From NCBI GenBank assembly GCA_051294375.1, contig JBJCIZ010001272.1, forward strand, positions 1-18,694: a DNA stretch of 18,694 nucleotides. Direction: 5' to 3'. This document shows, piece after piece, positions 11,755-18,694 of the stretch. Position 1 is the first letter of the stretch; each line of letters begins with the position of its first letter. The stretch is from Paraspadella gotoi (Eukaryota > Animalia > Chaetognatha). Position numbers and translations under genes: made by a program. The notes under the pieces were generated by a model that did not search any database, was not told where the DNA came from, and worked only from the letters and a program-made list of their open reading frames with translations.

Positions 11755-11982
11755 AAGAGAGAGAGTGAGAGAGAGAGAATTGAGGAGACGAGGATGGAGA
11801 TTGTCGGGAAGGGAAACAGAGAGGGAGAGAGAGAAAGAGAAGAAAGAGGGAGAGAGTGAGTGAGAGAGAGAGTGAGAGAGATTGAGAGAGAGAAGAATGT
11901 TGACAAAGATTATTCGCGTTTGCGCGTCCGTGAAAATAAGTTGCTTTTCTAAACGATCCCATATTCCTTCGGAACAGAGAGT

Positions 11983-12015
<33 letters not shown>

Positions 12016-12065
12016 TGTAGAGAGAGAGAGAGAGGCAGAGAGATAGAGAGAGAGAAGAGAGAGAG

Positions 12066-12096
<31 letters not shown>
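11755..12096. repeat. (GA)n-rich tracts (about 11755-11895 and 11975-12096), probably 3' UTR or downstream of the minus-strand Six exons
   Basis: Directly visible. Confidence 0.9.
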
Positions 12097-12229
12097 GATA
12101 CCACTAGCTGAAGATCGCATGGACAAACGGACGAATTTGCCTGGCAATGTCCAGTCCGATGAACTCTCCTACCTTCTCCCTCTCCCATCCCCTCTCTCTC
12201 TGCTCCCTTCCCCTTCTCCCCCCTCTCTC

Positions 12230-12411
12230 CCTCTCTCGAGTGAACGAGGACTCGACCACCAAGTCCTTGCCACAGATTGTGATAGCCGGCGGCATTTGAA
12301 GATGTCGCGTGGGGTGAGGGTGGCGCTGAGGTCGGGGTGGTGACCCCGTGATGTGGTTGGGGGTGATGTTGCCCAATCCTGAAGGAAAAGATGGAGAAGG
12401 GAAGTGGGTGA

Positions 12412-12482
<71 letters not shown>

Positions 12483-12560
12483 GAAGACGATGTGGATAAG
12501 CCGCTAGTGGGCCAAGAGCTATCCATAACTTCTTTTAAACCCCTCTCGCAGCCAGGGAAC
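12230..12560 (-). CDS. Six1/2: Six1/2 probable last coding exon with a poly-His/poly-Ser tract (stop position uncertain)
   Basis: Acceptor TTCTTGTTTCCCAAG| at 12561. The phase-2 join to the 12949 donor gives ...SMASVHGG-FPGCERGLKEVMDSSWPTSGLSTSSSHHHH... The (CAT)n tract is at 12412-12480. There is no homology anchor. Confidence 0.5.
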
Positions 12561-12949
12561 CTTGGGAAACAAGAACATTGGTTTCCACTCATGCAATCAC
12601 TTTTTATAGCACACAGGTCCCACACACATTTTTTAAGTAAATGCGCTAAGATAACACCTCGTGAGTAATTATCCCCCCAGCGTTCAAAGCAAAGGGGGAC
12701 AGATGGACGAAGAGACAAACAGACGGACGCGAGGAAGGACGGATGGACCGGATGAAAAAACAGACAGACATAGATAAGGACGCTTTGGAATTTTTTGGCA
12801 TAATTTATCATCAATTATTAATGTTCTGACATTATCTCAGTGATCAAACGGTGGGACCGACGAAGCGATAAAGTGAGTTAAAGAGCCAGAATCTGCTGTA
12901 AAGAATCTCCGCTCGTCAATAAGAATCACTCCGCCCCGCCCCCTCTTAC

Positions 12950-13468
12950 CCGCCGTGAACTGAAGCCATTGAATTCAAGCAAATGTTGATGCTGATATGC
13001 ATCGAAGTTGTCGTGCGCACGACTCGGCGTGGATGCTGATGATGCGCGCCGCCGCCGCAAGCAGGCAGCCGCCGCCGGCCGCTGCCGAGCCGTGACCCGG
13101 CAGGTTGGGCCTTGATGTCGTGGGCGGAGGCGGAACGTAGAGGTGTTGATGCGGATGCTGTGACATATGAATGAGGATGATGATGTTGATGCAGATCCAA
13201 CCCGGCCGAGGGGTGACGCCACGGCGGCTGCCGCGGCCGCCGCGCGCCGCGGCCGCAGGCGGCGTGAGCGGCGGCGCGGCGGATTGCTGGGATGGTGCTG
13301 TTGTTGTTGTTGTTGTTGCTTGGGGCGGCTGGTGGTGAGGTTGCTGCGGATGAATGTTGCGGCCTGGATGGCAGGGGGGGGGGAGGGGGGGGGCGTGGTG
13401 ATGGGGAATGTTGCGACGCCGACGCGGCGACGGCCCTGCATGCTGCTGAAATGGCAGTTCTCGAGTTC
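12950..13468 (-). CDS. Six1/2: Six1/2 C-terminal low-complexity exon (P/H/Q/A-rich), frameshifted by indels
   Basis: Strong pyrimidine tract and CCGCAG| at 13469, starting ELENCHF. GC-rich coding-like sequence with a (CAA)n tract. Donor CGG|GTAAGA at 12949. Collinear with the upstream homeobox exons. Confidence 0.65.
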
Positions 13469-13882
13469 CTGCGGCGGAAGGAGGAAAGAAGAAAAGGAAA
13501 AACGTGAATTGGAACATATAATTTTTGTAGCGAGGTAATGGCGGGAAAATTCAAAATTTCCGCGGGGGAAAAGGGGGTGTCGGTTTGTGTGGTGCCACAA
13601 CACCAGGCGATAATAACGACTGGTCAACATCTTTGAAACTGTACGAGAATATATTTATTATTTTTTACTTATAATCATTGATAATTATAGTTAATTATTA
13701 GAATTTTAGTTTACATAACTCTAATTTAACGAAATACTAAACAGTTAAAATCAATAACAAAAAATCGAATTGGGAGAGAAAACTTAAAGTTTATTGACGG
13801 GAATAAACACAATCACAAAAATTCAGAGTAACTACTCAATCAAAGACGACTCTAGCAACGACATTGATCAACGAGGACTCAC

Positions 13883-14020
13883 CTTTGTCTCGTCCATGCC
13901 CCCATGCCACTTCCAGCATGTTCGCTGTCTAGGCTTGTCGTCGTCGCTCCGACGTTTCCAGAGCCTGTGCGACCCCAATCCGCGCCAAGGAGCTTGAGGT
14001 TGCCCTCTTTGTCGTCTCTG
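13883..14020 (-). CDS. Six1/2: Six1/2 exon immediately after the homeodomain ((S)RDDKEGNLK...)
   Basis: CT-rich tract and a CCCCAG|CAG acceptor (14021 or 14018). Phase 2 matches the previous donor. Donor AAAG|GTGAGT at 13882. Confidence 0.7.
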
Positions 14021-14178
14021 CTGGGGAGGGAGAATGGGGGCAGGGCAGAAGAGAGAGAGAGAAGAAGGAGAGAGAGAGAGAGAGGAGAGAAGAGAGGCAA
14101 AGAGGACAAAGATAAAGAGAGAGAAATGAGTAAATAAGAAGGTTATATATTTATCATTATAAGTCCCCCTTCCATTAC

Positions 14179-14324
14179 CTCTCTTTGGCCTGCGCAGGCC
14201 CTGTCCCTCTGTGCGTCTATTCTTAAAGCCAATTTGGAAACTTGGGGATCGTCGTAAGTCCAGTTCCCCTCCCGCACGTTTTCGCGCTTTGCTCGAGGCG
14301 AAGGGTAAGGGTTGTGCAGAGTAC
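14179..14324 (-). CDS. Six1/2: Six1/2 homeodomain exon, about (W)[44 protein letters not shown]; multiple 1-nt indels
   Basis: The reverse complement reads CAG|GTACTCTGCACAACCCTTACCCTTCGCCTCGAG...CAAGTTTCCAAATTGGCTTTAAGAATAGACGCACAGAGGGACAGGG...GCCAAAGAGAG|GTAATG. It has the K50 WFKN motif of the SINE class. It is not captured by the ORF track. Observed 146 nt versus 135 expected. Confidence 0.92.
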
Positions 14325-14439
14325 CTGGGGGAGGTCAGTGAACGGCTTATTCCTTAGAGCGACTTACCTTCTCGCTTCTTCATCCTCTCTTACTTCTTCT
14401 CTCTTTCCTCTCACTCACCTCCGCTTCTCACTACTCGTC

Positions 14440-14503
14440 TTTTCTTTCTTTCTTTCTCTCTCGTCTCTCGTCATCTCTCTCATTCTTTCCTTTCTCATCT
14501 CTC

Positions 14504-14536
<33 letters not shown>

Positions 14537-16441
14537 TCTGCTCTCTCTCTCTCTCTCTCTTCATCTCTCTCGTCTCCTCTCTCTTCCTCATCTTTCTAAG
14601 TAGAGAGAGTAAATACTTTAAAATGCGTTTTTTAAATTTGCCAGGATTTTTGTTGACTTCGAAATTCGGAGACTGAAATTATTGATCTGCGTTGTTGTTC
14701 CTAATCGAAACTTTTTTTTTGTTAGTTGTTAGTTTGCACCATGTTTGTTTTGCTTCATCTTTGTTTCGTTTGATTCTTACACGATTCATTTAATCAATCA
14801 ATCCATCAATTATTCTAATTTCCTTCCATAACTCAATAAATTATATGTCTTACTTCGTGTTATATATTTTTCTTTTTTGATTATGTTTTTTTTTTTTTTT
14901 TTTGCTTTTCTTATTGACGAAAAACCTCAAAAAGAGACAAAATCCAAATTTTCGGGAAAAATACAACACAATACTCGTCCTTATGACGGGTACAAAAGAA
15001 AGCTGGTATCAATTTAACCCCCTCCCTCCTCTAAAGCAGTTGATGCCCTACAAAAGTGTAAGAGAGAGAGAGAAGAGGAGAGAGAGAGGAGAGAGAGAGA
15101 GAGAGAGAGAGGAGAGAAACAGAGAGAGAGAGAGAAAGAGAAAAGAGAGAGAGAGAGAGAGAGAAGAGAGAGAGGAGACAGAGAGAGAGAGTACTCGTCC
15201 CGTTTTTCTTAATATCGTCTTTCGCTTTCAGCTGAGAAAACAAGAGGGAACAAAACAGAAAAATCCCAGTAAAGTTGAGATCGAAGAAGGAAAGGGCGGC
15301 GGGGAAGAAGGACTTGGGATTTGTAAGAAACGAAGAACTAGGTATTGTAATTTTATATTATGGAAATTGGTACAACCAATATAAAATATCCATTTTAAAA
15401 TTAATAACTAAGTTATCTTGGACCTGACTTTGGACAGGCTTCGGTAGGTCTAAGAACGAAAACTATGCGCCTCTATGTAATTGAAACAGTTGATCACAGT
15501 TTCAAGTTCAACATATAAGTTACATCAGCTTTAGCAGATTGCTGCGATGTTTAATTGCCTTGAAATGAGTTCCCCAATGTAGCTCATATGATAAAATTCA
15601 AAAAAAAAAAAAACGACAGATATTTGTTCCTAAAGGGATTTATATACCAAATCATATTGATATGACAGTTATCTATTTAATGTGATCGCAATTCTACTCA
15701 ATTTCCGGTATTCATTTTATCAGCGACTATAAAACGACCGAATTCAATCTATCAATTTTAAACGGACAGATAATTTTGTTTTTAGTATAAATTGTCCATT
15801 TATCTTATGACATTAGCGGCATATAGCTTTCCTCTTTCTCTGCTCTTCTCTCTCTCGTCTCCCTCAAGTTCTCTCTTCTCTCGTCTCTCCTCTTCCCCTC
15901 TCTTCTAAGTAGAGAAGAAGTAAAATACTAAATGCAGTTTTATTTGCCAGGATTTTTGTTGACATCGAATTCGAGACTGGAAAATTATTGATACTGCGTT
16001 TGTTGTTCTAATCGAACTTTTTTTGGGTTAGTTTTGTTAGTTTGCCCACATAGTTCTGTTTGCTTCATCTTTGTTTCGTTTGGATTCTTAACGATAAACA
16101 TTTATCAATCAATCAATCAATTATTCTAAATTTCTTCCAATAACTCAATAAATTAAAAAATGTCTTACTTCGTGTTATAAAATATTTCTTTTTTGATTAT
16201 GTTTTTTTTTTTTTGCCTTTCTTTATTGACGAAAATAACTCAAAAGAGACAAAATCCAAAATTTTCGGGAAATAACAACACTAAATACTCCCGACGGTAC
16301 AAAGAACGGTATCAATTTACCCCTTCCAACTCCTGCTAAGAAGTTGATGCCACAAAAGTGTAGAGAGAAGAGAGAGAGAGAGAGGAGAAGAGAGAGAAGA
16401 GAAGAGAGAGAGAGAGAGACAGAGGAGAGAGAGAAAGAGAA

Positions 16442-16479
<38 letters not shown>

Positions 16480-17135
16480 AGAGAGAGAAGATACTCGTTC
16501 CCGTTTTCTTAATGAGTCGTCTTTCGCTGTTTCGCTGAGAAACAGAGGGAACAAAAACAGAAAAAAATCCCAGTATAAAGTTGAGATCGAAGAGGAAAGG
16601 GCGCGGGGAGAAGGACATTGGGTGTAAGAAAACGAACGACTAGTTTGAATTTTATATTATGAAATTGGTAGGCAGACCCAATATAAAAAATATCCATTTA
16701 ATTTAATAACTAAGTTATCTTGGAACCCATGACTTTGAAGGCTTCGGTGGTCTAATAGACGAACTAATGGCGCCTCTATGGTAATTGAAACAGTTTTTCA
16801 ACAGTTTCGTTTCAGCAATATAAGTTACTCAAGCTTTAAGCACGATTGCCTGGCGATGTTTAATTGCTTGAAATCGTTCCCCCAATGTAGCTCATATGAT
16901 AAATTCAAAAAAAAAAAAAAACGACAGAATATTTGTTTCTAAGGGATTTAAAATATTACAGATCATATGATATGACATTACTATTTAATGTGATCCAATT
17001 CTACTCTCATTTTCGGTATTCATTTTAATCAACGATCTATAAAACACGATTCAATCTATCGAATTTTAACACGACAGATTTTGTTTTTTGTATTTAGTCA
17101 GCCTTTGTTTGCAATTAGCGCATTAGCTCTCTCTT
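14440..17135. repeat. Tandem direct duplication of ~1.3 kb inside the Six1/2 homeobox intron (unique part of copy 1 ~14595-15830, copy 2 ~15904-17135), bounded by CT tracts
   Basis: Matching landmarks at an offset of ~1.3 kb include TCTAAGTAGAGA (14595/15904), CTCAAAA..GAGACAAAATCCAAAT, an internal (GA)n tract, CCCCAATGTAGCTCATATGATAAA and TTAGCG..CAT..TAGCT. The differences are mostly single-base indels. Confidence 0.95.
16308..16320 (-). promoter_or_regulatory. Candidate Six/So binding site GTAAATTGATACC (duplicate at 15005-15018 has one extra base)
   Basis: Matches the Drosophila So consensus GTAANYNGANAY(C/G) and contains the Six1/2 core GGTATCA on +. Confidence 0.3.
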
Positions 17136-17501
17136 TCTCCTCTCTCTCTCATCTCTCTCATCGTCCTCTCTCTCTCTCTCCCCCTCCTGCTGTCTCTCTC
17201 TCTCTCTCGCCCAATCGCGCTCCCTCTATAATGCGAAACCATTCATATTATTCGCCAATGGTGAACACACATGTTTCATTGTGCAAAAAATGTTTCTTTG
17301 TTTCGTGCTAGAAAAAAAAAAACAAAAAAAAAAAATTCTTTCCTTTGGAAACTATGAACGAATTTACGGTTCCTTGTTTTTTTTTCTGCCATTTAATTCA
17401 CACAACAGATTTGATAACGCATCTCACCACTTATTTGGTTGAAGCACCACTAACCACTCAGCATCACTCATTCACCTCTCACGACTCCACCCACGACTCA
17501 C

Positions 17502-17681
17502 CAATTCTCCTGAGGACGTTCCTGAGACTTTTCCTTGAAGCAATAATCGTTTCCTCTCAGTCCCAAATGGTTCTCGGCACGGGAAACTTCCTTTCTCACT
17601 CTGGTACTTTCCCGACGGCTCCAAGCGGTCGTACCGCGGTAGTTTGCTCCGCCTCCAGGATAGTGGCCTTCAGCCAAAGGT
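17502..17681 (-). CDS. Six1/2: Six1/2 exon: end of Six domain and start of homeodomain, about [58 protein letters not shown]; multiple indels
   Basis: The reverse complement has TTCAG|ACCTTTGGCTGAAGGCC...GACCGCTTGGAGCCGTCGGGAAAGTAC...CCGAGAACCATTTGGGAC..GAGGAAACGATTATTGCTTCAAGGAAAAGTCT...|GTGAGT. The ET(S)Y tetrapeptide, inferred across a 1-nt deletion, indicates Six1/2 rather than QKTH (Six3/6) or ETVY (Six4/5). Confidence 0.92.
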
Positions 17682-17749
17682 CTGAACGGGTTTTTAGAAA
17701 AGATTTGGCAATATTTTTAAAAACGATTTATATCATTAAATTATCCTAA

Positions 17750-18068
17750 ACTCATTCGCTCCCCTACTCTCTCTGCATTCCTCCCCTACTCGCTCTCATT
17801 ACTCCCTTACTACGTCTACATTCCTCACTACTCCTCCCTTTCTTCTCCCCAGCTACTCCTCTATTCCTTCCTTACTCGCTCTCATTCTCTCTCTCATTCC
17901 TCCCCTACTGCCCTCTGCCTTCCTCCCTTACTTCCTCTCATTCCCTCTCTCATTCTCCCTACTCCGCTACCCTTCTCCTCGCCCTTCCCCTTGCTCCTCC
18001 CCTACTCCGATCCCTATTTCTCCCCTACTCTCTTTCGTTCCTCGCCTCAACTCCCCCTCTCATTCTCT
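17750..18068. repeat. Degenerate ~21-bp intronic minisatellite (CATTCCTCCCCTACTCGCTCT-like)
   Basis: Recurrent CTCCCCTACT and CTCTCATTC motifs fill most of the 17682-18079 intron. Confidence 0.8.
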
Positions 18069-18079
18069 CGTCCTTAAAC

Positions 18080-18299
18080 CTGCAACTTGGTGATTGTGAC
18101 AGGCGAAGTTGTTGGACTCCAAGATCTTGTAGAGTTCCTTGAAGTTTCCCCGATGGAAGGCGACCGACTGCTTTGGCCTTGAAGGAGCGATCATCGTTCT
18201 TGTGGAGATGCTCGCAGGCGGGGACGACCAGAGGAATCGGCGCGAGTCGGCTCGAATGCTTGCCGCTTTTGCTGGAGGACCTCGCATACGCAGGCCAGC
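18080..18299 (-). CDS. Six1/2: Six1/2 Six-domain exon, about [71 protein letters not shown]; multiple indels
   Basis: Motifs are split over frames in the ORF track ([34 protein letters not shown]..HNH). AG at 18301-18300 and donor TTGCAG|GT at 18079. Confidence 0.95.
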
Positions 18300-18694
18300 C
18301 TTTTTTTTTTTGGAAAGGAAGGTTTAAGATGTATTACAATATATAATAATAAATATATCTTACCCATTTCAATATTGTAGCATTTCAGACTAATTAACCG
18401 CAAATTTGCAATTTATATGTTAAAGCTGGTTTTTCGTTCTTGATCTTCATTTTCTTATTATCAGAGCCTGCCAACGATAAAACGGACGTAAAAGCTTTAG
18501 CCTTTGATAAGAATGAACTTATATTGTTTATTAAGTGACCATAACTCAGCATTATTAAATGTCAAAATTTTAATAATTTGTCTTAGTAAATTAAAATTTC
18601 AACCCGTCGATAACAGATAAACAACGCGTCGTTATCCAGAACCTCCAATAATAATCTTACTAAACTAAAGTGACGGCAATACGACTGCAATCGA

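Noticed and set aside
4321-16618. Numerous ER-, SL-, poly-V and poly-S ORFs in the track
   Set aside because: They are translations of (GA)n, (CT)n and (TCG)n microsatellites.
14440-17135. LTR pair or transposon direct repeats
   Set aside because: The copies are adjacent with no internal domain, I saw no TG...CA ends or target-site duplication, and there is no transposase or RT sequence.
14179-18299. Programmed frameshifting or RNA editing to rescue the broken Six exons
   Set aside because: The indels are scattered, involve all bases, and are equally dense between the two non-coding duplicate copies. Sequencing error explains them more simply.
1-18694. Whole-window fold-back (palindromic chimeric read) explaining the strand switch
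   Set aside because: I found no long unique sequence repeated in inverted orientation, and the two gene halves are non-overlapping. A self dot-plot would confirm this.

Overview
This is animal (bilaterian invertebrate) genomic DNA, rich in microsatellites, and not prokaryotic. The main content is one Six1/2 (sine oculis-class) homeobox gene whose exons lie on opposite strands. Two clean 5' exons are on + (8404-8464 and 8995-9230) and end in ...LPSFGFTQEQ|GT. The exact continuation, [10 protein letters not shown]..., starts on the minus strand at 18299 and runs leftwards through the Six domain, homeodomain and C-terminal exons to about 12.2 kb, so the two halves converge. The minus-strand exons carry many 1-nt indels but almost no amino-acid substitutions, which looks like uncorrected long-read error. 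A ~1.3-kb tandem duplication sits in one intron. An assembly misjoin is therefore the most likely explanation, but a real intragenic inversion or opposite-strand trans-splicing cannot be excluded from sequence alone. The left 6 kb holds a pyrimidine-rich minisatellite, two candidate + exons, and a noisy minus-strand gene candidate for a single-pass membrane protein with very short apparent introns. Most ORFs in the supplied track are low-complexity artefacts of (GA)n/(CT)n repeats.
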